In this document: piece by piece, positions 13,421-26,449 of the stretch
Numbering within the stretch: position 1 is the stretch's first letter
Layout: every line of letters begins with the position of its first letter
Assembly (NCBI RefSeq): GCF_035594765.1
Contig: NC_085842.1
Coordinates: 206,781,747-206,845,746 of the forward strand
Direction of reading: 5' to 3'
DNA: 64,000 nt
Source of the DNA: Anolis carolinensis
Taxonomy: Eukaryota
Notes under the pieces: model-generated
What the model was told of the DNA's origin: nothing
Database searches by the model: none
What the model saw: the letters and a program-made list of their open reading frames with translations, nothing else
Made by a program: the position numbers and the translations under genes

Positions 13421-16400
13421 GACTAGAGTTTACAATATGGATTTCCTGTCATAGCAGCCCCATCTGGTGGTTGCTTGCAGGTTGAGTGCACTGGAAAAAC
13501 TAAGCAATCAATCAGTGCTTATTTTAAACTGGATTGCATGTAGACTCTCCCTTTCATTACATGGAACCTCATCCCTGCTGTGCTTGAAGCACTGTCACAA
13601 ACTATTCTGAAGGAGGGGGGCAACTGACATGCCAAGAGCTTAATCTGTCCTTCCTAGAATGCTTCTTCTTTGCTAAGATTTTCCATCCCACATTTGTAAG
13701 TTCAATTACTTTCTTCAAAACTGTCAAACAATAAAGCTTTCTAAGCCCTCAACTGGGAAGTGTAGGAGAGAAGTCTGCTTTGATCTGCCTTGTGTTTCAG
13801 TAGGCAAGGCCAATTCAACTCAACAGTTTGGTTCCTAGCAAGTCAAGGTGCTTGTGAGGTTACCAAAAGAAAGCTATGAATGTGAGGGCTCACACATCAA
13901 ATGTACACAAAAGCCTGAGGGGAACTATCTGCCTGGAAGACACTAATAGGCTCACCTATTTGGAGGGGCGAACAGCTATCAACAGTCCACCTGATACAGG
14001 GGGATCATTGCATACCCTTTGATCTGAGCTGCTTTTCCTCACTGGCAACATTTCACATTTGATGCTCTTTCTGCAGCAAGAGGCATATCATCCACACACT
14101 TTGTGTATGTGTGTGTACTTATAGTGTCTGCCAGAGAATTTCAAGAGGAAATAAGAGATTAGTATGAACTATAAGAAGCTATTGTTACAGAGTCTAAAAA
14201 CAATAAAAACACGTAATGCCATATAAAAGCTGTTCAGTACACAACACATTTAATCAACAAACTGTTAATATCTCACACAAGTAATTCGCTCAATAACCTT
14301 CCTCAGAGTAACAATATTCTTGGAAAGGGATACTCGAAGCTTACATCATGATTTGTTCCTTGCAAAAGATCTGCTAGGACAGATTCAAGCCCATGGGACA
14401 GAAGACTGCAGGCAAAGAGGATAAATTCTCTAAGGAAGACAACTGCAGCAGTGGTTCGACCTTTCCGTCCTGCATTTAAATGTATTGGACTACAACTCCT
14501 GTCAAACCAGACAGCAAAGCCAAAAGCCAAGCTGGCTGAGGATGGTAGGTGCTGTTCCATCACATCTGGAGAACACTGGACTTGAGAAGGATCAGTTGAC
14601 AACAAAGATTGTCTTGATTGAAGGCGATCATTATGCCCCTGTTGCCATAATTAGTGGGTGCATCTGCTCAGTCTCCTTCCGACAGAATTGCATCCAACCC
14701 ATCCCACTCAGTTGCCAGCATCACTCTGCAAATGTCCAACCAATATGCCATCTTGAGGGAGGGGAGACACCCAAGAACTCTCCAAACAGCTATGCTTTAA
14801 GAGTTGAAGACTCTCAGAAGCATACTCTGTTCTTAGAAATCAAAATCCTAATTAAACCCCTGGGTTTCTAGATAGCAGCCCTTGTTCTGGTCCAAGAAAA
14901 GGCTGATTTGTCCAATTATTCAGGTCTAAGACTTGTTTAGGCAGAGACCTAAGGCAGCAGGTAGAAATTGTGAAGACAGCAATATCAGAAGCATGCAGTA
15001 GTTGCTTGGCACTAAGGGACCTGTACCCAATGGAGATGGGAGAGGGAGCAAATGCACGTTGTAGCTTTCAGGGTTTTTTTTTTCTCCAATTCATAATGTC
15101 CAATATATAAGTTTAAAAATACAACCACCTCTATACGTATATACATAGCTGCTGAAAGAAAAGTTGTACAAGTGTCAAGGCATGAGTGAAAGCAAACCAG
15201 TAAACACCTGAACAGATTATAAAACTACTGCTGCAAAACTTGATGAAAAGAGCCCAGAAATGCTGTGGCCCTACAAAAGTTAAAAATGTGCTTCTTCAGC
15301 TTTAAAGCCATCAAACACACAGTGTGGACAGGAATTAACTTCCATATCACTACACAATGCATGGAGTCTATTGATGTACTGAGAGCTGTCTCACTAGTGA
15401 TTTTTACAAGGAAATTAAGGGAGGGGGGAAGACTTTGACTAGCTTTGAAACAATTTTACCTGACTTCTTTTGAAGGAATCCTCTGAGACAACTTCAATAA
15501 GGCTTAGTCTAAACATAGAATGAGGTGGGAATATAATCTATTACTTTACACTTCCAATTCTCATATTCATATATATTTCTGAATACTTGTTTACTGCACA
15601 AACAAAAACCAGAGCAGCTTAAGAACCTATTTCCTGTGAGCTATTAGCTTTCTATTTGCAGCAAGCTTGTGCTTCTCCCTCACTCACAAACCAACCTCCA
15701 ACTAGACTGAAGTAACATAAAACCATCACATCAGGACTCTACCTTTTTATTCTGTAGAATAACAACAAAACCTGGTCCAGGAATTGTGAGATAATTCTTC
15801 TTGTCGAGATCAATTTGGCACCTCTCACTGGACAAGAAGATGGTGTACTAGAAAAGGATCCCCTGATCTGGACAGGTGTAGATTAGCTTTTCAGATTGTT
15901 TAAATCCATCAAGCCCGCATAACCCTTAGAAAACCTTGTTCCTGGTAGCAAACCAGTTGGCAAGACAGGCCTGTCATCCCTTAACAGCTTGAATCAGGGT
16001 TATTAAATCACTGAACTGCTTTGCTATAACAAAATTCATTGGTACTTTTTTGTCCCACCCCAACTCATTAAACAGCTCTGAGAGAAGATGCCTCTATTTT
16101 CTGTCCATTAAATATTAGAGAACAGAAATCTGCAGAACTCTGCTGCAGTAGCTGAACAGTACTCTTTTGAGGCCACAAAGTTGCAAAGAGTGAGGAAAAA
16201 TATCTTCCACCCTCCTTCATTTGGGAAAAATAATCCTACACTAATTGTAGCACAAGGAAAAGCTGAGGGAAATTGACTGAGAGCAGAGGGAGGAGGATTC
16301 ACATTTGCCTGTGAGATTACAGACAGTGCTGTAAAATCTATCCATGTCACTGCAACGATCAGTGCAAAGTGCCCAGAAAGCAGCTGCACAGAAATCAACC

Positions 16401-16440
16401 AATCTGCACGATTAACAGACTCCAACAAAGCTTTCAGCTG

Positions 16441-17070
16441 TCACTTAAGCAGCACATATTCTTTCAGCGATTCAGGCAAAGGCAGTTCCTTCACGGCATC
16501 TGGCAGGAATTGCACTCCCAGGCTGTGGCGCACTGCATACCGTGACAGCGTCTTTAAGGTGCCTGGGGCAGAGCAGAGCGTGGTCAGTTTCTCACACAGC
16601 TGCTGATCCCGCAGGACTTCCCGGGGCATGGCCCCGTTCTTACGCAATTCAAAGTGTCCAACCGCTTGGTGGAGGAGGTCAAAGCAGGAGTCTTCCCTCT
16701 CAGTGCCAAGTCCTCTGACCAGGAGGGCAACCACCCTCGATATTGGGGTCTGCCCTTTCAGGTTGACCACCCGGACCTCAGCCCCATATTCCAGAAGGAT
16801 GCTCACGCTTTCTAGGTTCCCCTTCATTGCTGCCCAGCTCAGGGGGGTGTCATTGTTGTAATCCAGAGCATTGACAAAGGCACCACTTTCTAAGAGTGTT
16901 CGGACGCATTCAGCATTGTTCTTAAAGGCGGCCCAGTGGAGGGGTGTGTCCTTGTTGCCATCCAAGGCATTTGGATTTGCCCCGTATTCTAAGAGGATTT
17001 CCACACAGGTCTCATCCTTCTCTGCCGCATAATGGAGAGCTGTTCGGTTGTACCCATCAAGGGCATTGAC
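16441..17070 (-). CDS. ASB8: Ankyrin repeat and SOCS box protein 8, last coding exon
   Basis: ttgcAG|VNALDGYNRTALHYAAEKDE... ankyrin repeats followed by SOCS box (PGTLKTLSRYAVRHSLG...LPLPESLKEYVLLK*). Confidence 0.96.
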   Translation of the reverse strand, partial: VNALDGYNRTALHYAAEKDETCVEILLEYGANPNALDGNKDTPLHWAAFKNNAECVRTLLESGAFVNALDYNNDTPLSWAAMKGNLESVSILLEYGAEVRVVNLKGQTPISRVVALLVRGLGTEREDSCFDLLHQAVGHFELRKNGAMPREVLRDQQLCEKLTTLCSAPGTLKTLSRYAVRHSLGVQFLPDAVKELPLPESLKEYVLLK

Positions 17071-17810
17071 CTGCAAAAACAGAAAGGAGATGTTTCAGCA
17101 TTCGAATGTAAGGCCGTTTGAGCATCTGCAGGGGGTGGGTGGGGGTAAATGTTCAACCCAACCTGTCAATTGTACCAACATGCCTAACACACGCAGAGGT
17201 GTCATGGTGCTGCATATAGTTTGGAATTTTAGCTGATTGTTTATCTTTTTTTTAAAAAGGAGTTGGCTGCTATTATTACATGGGGTACTTGAGAGAGCCA
17301 TTTGGTGAAAAATCCTGTGGAAAAAAATTACATATTGGCAGATTCTACATTATGGGCCACATGCACCCAGAGGGCCACATTTTGTCTATGCCTGATTTCA
17401 ATGCCTTTGCAGGGGGGGATGTTTTTGGATACCCACTCTTCCAATACACAAGGTCTGAATACAGTACTGAAAATTTCTGCTGAAAACTGACACTGAAAGT
17501 ACAACCTTCATCTTCCCAATGCCGATGCTGCTGAAAATTTTCAGCTGGACTAAGGACAAGGAGGGAATGGGGGACATTAAAAGCCTCTGCAAAAATGGGG
17601 CTTGTTTATCAGAATCTTTGTTAAATGAGGTACGTCTGTCCAGTAAAGAGAAATAATGAGTGCGGAAGTACTTTAGTTCAGTTGTAATACAAAAGTATGA
17701 CTACACATGAAAAATGTCAATTAATCTATCATATGGTAAAAAAGATTTTAAGAATATGAATGTGATAGAAACCAAAGCTGAAAAAGCATCTATCAACATC
17801 AGTGTTAATA

Positions 17811-18918
17811 CAGTAGAGTCTCACTTAGAATCATAGAATCATAGAATAGTAGAGTTGGAAGAGACCTCATGGGCCATCCAGTCCAATCCCCTGCCAAGAA
17901 GCAGGAAATCGCATTCAAAGCACCCCCGACAGATGGCCATCCAGCCTCTGCTTAAAAGCCTCCAAAGAAGGAGCCTCCACCATAGTCCGGGGCAGAGAGT
18001 TCCACTGCTGAACAGCTCTCACAGTCAGGAAGTTCTTCCTGATGTTCAGGTGGAATCTCCTTTCCTGTAGTTTGAAGCCATTGTTCCGCGTACTAGTCTC
18101 CAGGGCAGCAGAAAACAAGTTTGCTCCCTCCTCCCTATGACTTCCCCTCACATATTTGTACATGGCTATCATGTCTCCTCTTAGCCTTCTCTTCTGCTGG
18201 CTAAACATGCCCAGTTCTTTAAGCCTCTCCTCATAGGGCTTGTTCTCCAGACCTTTGATCATTTTAGTTGCCCTCCTCTGGACGCATTCCAGCTTGTCAA
18301 CATCTCCCTTCAACTGTGGTGCCCAGAATTGGACACAGTATTCCAGGTGTGGTCTGACCAAGGCAGAATAGAGGGGGAGGACTTCCCTGGATCTAGACGC
18401 TATACCCCTATTGATGCAGGCCAAAATCCCATTGGCTTTCTTAGCAGCCGCATCACATTGCTGGCTCATGTTTAACTTGTTGTCCACGAGGACTCCAAGA
18501 TCTTTTTCACATGTACTGCTGTCTAGCCAGGCGTCCCCCATTCTGTATCTTTGCATTCCATTTTTTCTGCCGAAGTGAAGTATCTTGCATTTGTCCCTGT
18601 TGAACTTCATTTATCCAAGACTCGCTTATCCAAGGTTCTGGATTATCCAAGGCATTTTTGTAGTCAATGTTTTCAATATATCATGATATTTTGGTGCTAA
18701 ATTCGTAAACACAGTAATTACAACATAACATTACTGCTTATTGAACTAATTTTTCTGTCAAATTGTTGTATAATATGATGTTTTGGTGCTTAATGTGCAA
18801 AAACATAACCTAATTTGATGTTTAATAGGCTTTTCCTTAATCCCTCCTTATTATCCAAGATATTCACTTATCCAAGGTTCTGCCGGCCCATTTAGCTTGG
18901 ATAAGTGGGACTCTACTG
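17811..18918. mobile_element. Tc1/mariner (pogo/Tigger-type) MITE split by the CR1 insertion
   Basis: TA|CAGTAGAGTCTCACTTA...[CR1]...TAAGTGGGACTCTACTG|TA. Confidence 0.88.
17828..18610 (-). mobile_element. CR1 LINE, 5'-truncated, ORF2 tail open for 231 aa
   Basis: MKFNRDKCK...EKDLGVLVD...YSALVRPHLEYCVQFW; (ATTCTATG)n tail at 17828-17846. Confidence 0.95.
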
Positions 18919-19753
18919 TATACGCGCCTTGATTTGATGTGATTTCACAGTTCCTCTAAGAAGCTGAAGTTTATGGGAGGGAGTAGATCATCCCATGTTA
19001 ACGCTTTAAAACCTATTTCACCACCTTTTGATGGGGTGACAAATTCTGATACACATTTTGTTAGTTTTTCCTTTCACTGCTATGAGGATCTTTTTTCACA
19101 ATGAAAGAATTTAATAAAATATACATTATCTTGCTTTGTATTACGGAGACAACCAAACCTAACATATTAGCTGTAATTCAGTAGATAATGTGGCAAGCTC
19201 ATGGTTAAACTGCATTCTCAAAGACAAAGAGGAACACTTCAATCATAAGCCAATTGATTGGAGCCAAAAACCAAAGAACTTCAAGTAGTTTATCATGCCC
19301 CAAAGGGCCTGGGATCCTTGAAAGTGGCAATTTTTACTCTGCCATACTGGTTGGCACTTTTGAAACTTGGGGAACTTCCAGAATCAAACTATAAAAAATA
19401 GAAATACAATTTCCCCTTCTATAAAATTCTATCTGTGAGGATATACTGCCAGATAAATAATGTGATTTCTGAAAAAAGTGACATGTAAAAGTGACATTTT
19501 GCTGGAAATGTTATATGTGTTACTTAATAAAATGATAGTTTTACTCTAAATATATTTTCCAAGGCATTTTGAAATTTATAAACCAAAAATGTATAGAGTG
19601 ATAGGCTGCTGTCCCCAAAAGTGAAATTTAATATTTCTTCCCTATTAACCTTTGGCTCTACCTACTGGGTGTCCAGGTGTTGCTACCTGGAACATTTCTC
19701 CTTTCCTGGAAATGATAATCAGTACTATGAGTTCCCTAGAGGAGATAGGGCAG

Positions 19754-19798
<45 letters not shown>

Positions 19799-20683
19799 GA
19801 ACAAGGACAGAGAAATAAAGTCATGCCATCTGGGCACAAGATATGTTGTGCTAAGTGACCTGGAAAAGGGGAAGGAAGCTTGAAAAGAGGCTGCTCTCTG
19901 TCGCTGTTTTAATAAGCAGGGCCTCTTTCCGGTAAGAAAAAATATCAGTAACTTCAGTGCAGACACAAAAATCTATGAGCATAACTAAAGGATTTCAGTT
20001 GTATACCTAAATATAAAAATTATGTCTCAATAATTTTTATATCTCAATAAGTACTTTAACACAATTGGACAAAACCGTTCTTCAGTTGTGAAATAAACAG
20101 TAGCTTTCCTAAAATCTGTATTTAATTTGTTTTATAAATGATTTTTATATCCAACTTTTTCTTTATTCAATTCAATTTTCAATGTATGCTCTACTCCTCC
20201 CCATTTTTTCTCATAAAAACTCTATTAAACAGGTTCAGCTGAAAAAACATGACTGGATCGAACATCACCCAATAAGTTTCATGGCTCAGGGAGACCACCA
20301 CCTGAATTTTTCAAATCCAAATTCAACATTCTCATCACTCCATCAAAGTATGTGCCATACTTTTGGCTAATTATGATTTCCAGTTTGCCCAGATATATAG
20401 TGATGAAGGGAAGTACACACCAGCAGATTGTCCAGTGCATTTCATACTTATTATGCTGGACTTTGGATGCACTAATAGAGCTCAGTTGGATAACAATGAT
20501 GCATGTTTTACAAGAAAAGGAAAACCCATACTCCAAAAAAAAGTTACTTTCTCTCAGCCTCATCCTAGCTGCAATATTAAGGTGAAAATATTTTAAAATC
20601 TATTACAAATCCCATCATAATTGCATACATCAGCCTAAAACAGGTTCCCTGGATTAGTTCTTAAGCTGTAATTAAGTTCTTAC

Positions 20684-20788
20684 CTCAGCTCCTTTTTCCA
20701 ACAACAGCTCAATGCAGTCGGCATCGGCAACCATGCAAGCACAGTGTAGTGGTTTCAATGTACCATGCATACAGTTAACATCCGCACC
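20684..20788 (-). CDS. ASB8: ASB8 coding exon
   Basis: tattAG|GADVNCMHGTLKPLHCACMVADADCIELLLEKGAE|GTaaga; 105 bp, phase 0-0. Confidence 0.95.
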
Positions 20789-21787
20789 CTAATAGAACAA
20801 AGTAGAGAAAATGAGGGAAGTTTAGCAATTACATCTATAGTGGACTACATTCGAAGTCAAATATTGACAACTTACTCTTCCCACTGAAAAGCAACTGATG
20901 CCAATCAGAATGCTTCCTATCTATCTAGGATAAGATAGGGGGCATAAAACAATCAAAAAGTCTAGTTCATTAGAACCTCATCATACATGTTGCTATTTGT
21001 TTACTGCAAAAAAAACCAGCCAAAATTGGACAGAATCCAAAGGTATCTACAAAGGAAAATGAGATTTATGTTGCAGGGTGCTAAAAAGATGGCCTTTATT
21101 TACTGAAAAGACCCAGGTTATCCCCAGACTAGTTACATTTAGGGAGAGCCAACTCATTATTGAAACTATTGTACAAAAACTGGGATAAAATTAATGCACC
21201 CTATGGCCATCCCAGCCAATGGATTGACTTACCACCTTTCTAATAGTTGCTGGGAATTAATAAAATGAAGCACCTGGCAACATCAATCAAGCCTAACATG
21301 GAACCTCCATCTGTAACATCTGAGTAATTGAAAGCTGAAGTAATCTTAGCACTGACCTTTGGAGCTAAGTGTTACATTTCCTTTGAAGATGAGAAATGTC
21401 ACATTTAAATAAGCTTGAGGAAAAGTGGTCACAGAATTCGGAGCACTTTGTTCTGCTAATGAACTAAACCAACTTCATTTTGTTTATTTTTATGGAGTCA
21501 AAAAAACTCTTAAAGACTACTTCTTCCTTCTAAATCTACCAGTGATAAAGTGTAGTTTTCTGGTCACAAATAATTGCTTCAAAACTCTGCCCCTTCCAGT
21601 ATTTTTTAAAAACTATTTTCTTCCCTATAAATTGTTTTTCATGTAGTCTAGAACTAGTTGTAAAAAGAACTGCTGCCTAACATCTGCAGGGTCACCTAAC
21701 TGGATTCAGATCCAGAGCTTTTTAGAGATTCTAAAAATAACAAGCTTTCAAAATAAAGCAAAATGCTTCCACAGGTTTGTCACATAC

Positions 21788-21904
21788 CCTCCTGATAAGG
21801 TCTTCAACATTGTCATGTGGGAAGGATCTGATAGCTGCTATAGTTCGGATCAAACGCTCTGACAAAGAATATTTACTCTGAATGCTCTGCATTATATACC
21901 ACAT
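21788..21904 (-). CDS. ASB8: ASB8 first coding exon (exon acceptor at 21948; first in-frame ATG at 21904)
   Basis: MWYIMQSIQSKYSLSERLIRTIAAIRSFPHDNVEDLIRR|GTatgt. Confidence 0.92.
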
Positions 21905-22162
21905 ACTGGAACTCAGTTCCTCAGCTTGCTTCACATGCTCCAAGTGAGCTGGGGAAAAGAAATCAGACATAAAATAAAAATTTAAGTTTACATCTTCCTT
22001 TCTACAAATGTCTGGCCAAGCCACCCCATAATAACGTAATTACAGGGTGGCTAGAAACCATTTGTCAACAATAACATAAAGCATAAGAGCTGTCTGATTC
22101 TCTCATGTTCATTACTTGGTTACTGCAGCTTCAAGTAGTGACTTCATAAAATAATAATAATG

Positions 22163-22209
<47 letters not shown>

Positions 22210-22213
<4 letters not shown>

Positions 22214-23870
22214 TATTTTTCTATCCCGCCACCATCTCCCCCAAGGGACTTGGGGTGACTAACATGGGGGTGCAGCCCAAAACAGAACAAAGTATAACTG
22301 TTTAAAACACATGTCAAAAATTAAAAACAAAGATACAACAATCAAATAAAATGATTGATTAAAACATTACATACAATAAAACATATAATAACCAGGCAAG
22401 TGAATTAATAATACAAACATCAACCACTATGGGTAAAAGGGAGTCGGGCCTAAGAAGATACTTGATTTCAAGGCCTTTTAATAAAGTGCATGGACAGTGT
22501 CAAAGAGTCAGCTGAAATAATGTGGAATAGGGTAAATAGGAAGGGAAACAATGAGTTAGGAGGCAAAGTGTCAGTGATAAGGTCTATCATGTTGATGGCT
22601 GTTCAAATGCACACTGAAAGAGCCATGTCTTCAGCTGCTTGATGAAGGCAGACAGGGTTGGGACCAATCTAATCTCCCTAGGCAGGGAAATCCAGAGCCA
22701 AGTGGCCACTACAGAGAAGGCCCTCTCCCTCGTTCCAGCAAGCCGAGTGTGCGATAGAGAAGGGAATGAGAGGAAGGCCTCCCCTGAGGATCTAAGAGAT
22801 CGTGTAGGCTCATAGGGGGAAAGGTGGTTGCAAAGGTAGGCGGGTCCCAAGTCATTCAGGGCTTTGTAGGTGAGTACCTGCAGCTTGAATTGGGATGGGA
22901 AAATGACCGGCAGCCAATGGAGCTCCTTGAACAGGGGGTTGACCGCTCCTTGTAAGTTGTTCCGGTTAACAGTCTGGCTGCCGATCGTTGGACTAATTGA
23001 AGTTTCCAGGCCGTCTTCAAGGGGAGCCCCACGTAGAGTGCATTGCAATAATCCAACCTGGAGGTAACTAAGGCATGGACCACCATGGCTAGTCAGACTT
23101 CACGAGGTATGGTTGCAGCTGGTTTTAGTTGTGCAAAGGCCCTCCCAGCCACTGCCGACACCTGAGCATCAGCGATGAGTCCAGGAGGACCCCCAAATGG
23201 CGGACCTGCGCCTTCAGGGGGAGTGTGACCCCATCGAGCACAGGTTACCATCCTATGCCCTGATAGGTCAAGCAACTGACCTGGAGGACCTCTGTCTTGT
23301 CAGGATTAAGCTTCAGCTTGTTTGTCCTCATCCAGCCCAGCACAGCGGCCAGGCACTGGTCCAGAATCCGAGGGGCTTCCTTGGAATTCGGTGGAAAGGA
23401 GTAGTAGAGTTGGGTGTCATCTGTGTAAAGATGGCATCCAACTCCAAAACCCCGGATGACCCCTCCCAGCGGTTTCATGTAGATATTAAAAAGCATGGGG
23501 AACAGAACAGAACCTTGCGGGACCCCACAGGTCAATGGCCAGGGGTCCGAGCAGGAGTCCCCCAGCTTCACCAACTGGGAATGGCCCTCCAGGAAGGACT
23601 AGAGCCAGTACCCCCAAGGCCCATCCTGGAGAGCCGTCCCAGAAGGATACCATGGTCGATGGTATCGAAAGCCGCTGAGATCAATTTATAGAGAAATGTG
23701 AACCAGCAGGGTCACACTCCCCCTGTCCAGTTTCTTATGGAGGTCATCCACCAAGGCGACCAAAGCCTCTGTGACTGGTCAAGGAAGTCGGTGTCCTCTA
23801 GGAATCCCTGGAGCTGGGAGGCAACCACCCGTTCAAGCACTTTGCCCAAAAATGGGAGGTTAGAAATTAA
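22210..23870 (-). mobile_element. L2-clade LINE, degenerate RT and 3' UTR
   Basis: ISNLPFLGKVLERVV; GVPQGSVLFPMLFNIYM; LYTDDTQLY; [15 protein letters not shown]; tail abuts (AAT)n at 22150-22209. Confidence 0.9.
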
Positions 23871-24168
23871 GGAATCTTGGGCAAACCATGTTATCTCAGC
23901 CTCAGAGAAAGGCAAACCCACTCCAAACAAACCTTGCCAAGAAAACCCTGTGATAGGTTGTTGTTTTTAAATTGTAAATTATACAATGTAAAAAGTTACA
24001 AAACATAAATAGTAAATTGGAATTAAATATTACAATTTTAAAATACTGATCAAGACAAGTGAAAACTGTTAAAAACCATTCCTAACTGCATGGGAAAGGC
24101 AACCGGGGGGGGGGGGGAGGGTTGTCTTTGAGAGGGTGGTGGGACTTATGAGAAGCTGCACTTTAGGG

Positions 24169-24303
24169 CAGTGGTTCCCAATCTTTGCGCCTCCAGGTGT
24201 TTTGGACTTCAGCTCCCACAATTTTTAACATCTGGCAAGCTGACTGGGATTTCTGGGAGTTGAAGTCCAAAACACCCGGAGGATCAAAAGTAGGGAACCA
24301 CTG
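24169..24303. mobile_element. Related hAT MITE
   Basis: CAGTGGTTCCC...GGGAACCACTG; TSD CTTTAGGG. Confidence 0.85.
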
Positions 24304-25174
24304 CTTTAGGGTGCTTTATCACACTAGAGCTGAAAAAGTAGGCAAAGAGTATGAATCCCATCTGAAATTCTGTGGCTGCGTCCTGCAGAATTCTGGGGCT
24401 TGTAGTTTAGTGAGACCCAGGATCTCTCTGGCTGAGCATTTAAAGGCCCTTTCCCTAAACTAAAAGCCCCAGAATTCTGCAGGAGGCAGCCACAGGGTTT
24501 CAGATGGAATGCGTATTCTTTGAGCTCTGATGTGATACAGTGTTGGTTTCCATGAGTCAAAAAGTGCTTGAAAGTATACCACAACTATGTTTTATTAAAG
24601 GTCAACCTGACTGTGTAATGAGTATGCACTGAATTTCTTCAGAACTCATGTTATTAATATCCAATCTGTTCTGTGGACTTTGAAAGCAGGCTCACATCAC
24701 CTGCATAACATTTCAATATCAGTTTTTTATTTCAGTATGCTGGGCAATTAGCTTATTTGTTGCATATATAAAAATGTTTATTATCAACACTGTTTTCTGA
24801 ATAGCCACTATGCTTTAAAAACACACACAGTCCCATATTTAAGCATTAGCTCAATTACCAGAGTCAACAAGGAATTCCACACAAGTGAAAAAGCTGGCAA
24901 AGGAAAGAGAAGTCCTCCTACGCTGAGCACAGAAATACAGCAGGAATTGATGTTACAGGAGAGAGGGATCTCTTTGTTTTTCCTCAGCCAGATTCCATTA
25001 GGCTGGTGATTCAGGGGGAGGGCAGAGTTGCAGCACTTACTTTCAAGGTACAATTTAGTTTTAACCAAAGTGGTATTCCTTGCCTGAGAAAATCCCATGA
25101 AGCACCAATATAATCATACTCATAGAATAAAAGAGTTGGAAAAGATAATGTGGGCAATCTAGTCCCAACTGCAC

Positions 25175-25525
25175 TTGGGACTGAGAGGAGATCTTAGTGC
25201 CCCTGCTGGTTCATAGAGATGTGGTCTCGAAGATAGGCTGGACCCAAAGCATATAGGGCTTTATAGGTAATAACCTGCACTGTGAATTGGGTCTGGAAAC
25301 TCATTGGCAGCCAGTGGAGCTGCTTTAGTAGGGGCATGGTACGCTCCCTATAACCAGCTCCAGTTAGTAATCTGGCTGCCAACCTTTGCACTAAGTGCAG
25401 TTTCCAAGCCGTCTTCAAAGGCAGCCCTATGTAGAGTGCATTGCAGTAGTCCATTCTAGATGCAAATAAGGTGTGGACCACCGAGGCCAAATCAGGCTTT
25501 TCAAGGTACAGTCACAGCTAGCGCA
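25175..25525 (-). mobile_element. L2 LINE fragment
   Basis: VVHTLFASRMDYCNALYIGLPLK...LKQLHWLP. Confidence 0.85.
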
Positions 25526-26114
25526 CATAGCCAGAAAAAAAATTCGGCGGGCTTTTTGAAAAATTGGGGGGGGGGGGGTTGAACCCCTAACCCCCCCCCC
25601 CCCCCCCCCCCAGCTACAGACCTGTCAATATCTGCTTGAGATAGTGCCTGGATTTGGTTAACCAGTTAAAATTCATGAGTAAACCAGGTTTTTTTAAAAC
25701 CTGAAAAATTTCGGGGGTGGTTTGAACCCCTAACCCCCCCCCCCCCCCCACACACACACACACACACACTACAGGCCTGCCTCCCAGCCACCATCAATTA
25801 CAATCAAAATACTTAACAGTTCATAATTCTGTATATTTTTGCATTTCCCTCCCCCCAAAAATATAGACATCTTTAACAGGATGAGTAACATTCCAAGAGG
25901 AGAGAAGTATTGTGAGAAACTACAAGTGAGACTCCAAGGAAGAAACTGCAATTGCTGCGCAGGGAGGACGATTTGAATGCCTTCCATAAAATCGAAATTT
26001 AGGATGGATTCTGTCCATCATTCTTATAACATTTCTAATCACCGGTGTATTCACGTAGCCTGAAAACCATCACCATAACAATGTTTACTTTGGGAGTGGG
26101 GGCATTTCAAATTA

Positions 26115-26240
26115 GGGCCCTTCTATATTGCCATATAAAATCCACATTATCCGCTTTGAACTGGATTATAGGGCAGCGTAGACTCAGACAATCCAGTTCA
26201 AAGCAGATAATGTGGATTATATGGCAGTGTAGAAGGGGCC
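26115..26240. mobile_element. Palindromic PIF/Harbinger-type MITE (also ~29252-29400, 29985-30112, 30456-30599, 57460-57577)
   Basis: GGCCCTTCTA.A.TGCCATATAAAATCC...TATATGGCAGTGTAGAAGGGGCC fold-back structure. Confidence 0.75.
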
Positions 26241-26449
26241 TCATTGATGCAGAATCCATGGAAAAGAGAGGCCTCTTTTGAGGTGTGTCTGGTGCTCTCT
26301 GCTTGGAAAGGAATACCACTCTATCCTGTTGCTTCTGAAAGTCAATACACACCCTACGCTTTTCTGTTTGCTTCGGAACCCCAAAAACAAGAACGACACG
26401 GCCATAAGTAAATTGAACCGGCAATATCCCTCACCCTGCCCCCCCCCCC

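Noticed and set aside
17915-18610. 231-aa ORF as a host gene
   Set aside because: It is the C-terminal part of CR1 ORF2 in a 5'-truncated copy.
21731-22024. Long N-terminal extension of ASB8 suggested by the ORF track
   Set aside because: The upstream Met codons lie beyond the splice acceptor at 21948, in the intron.
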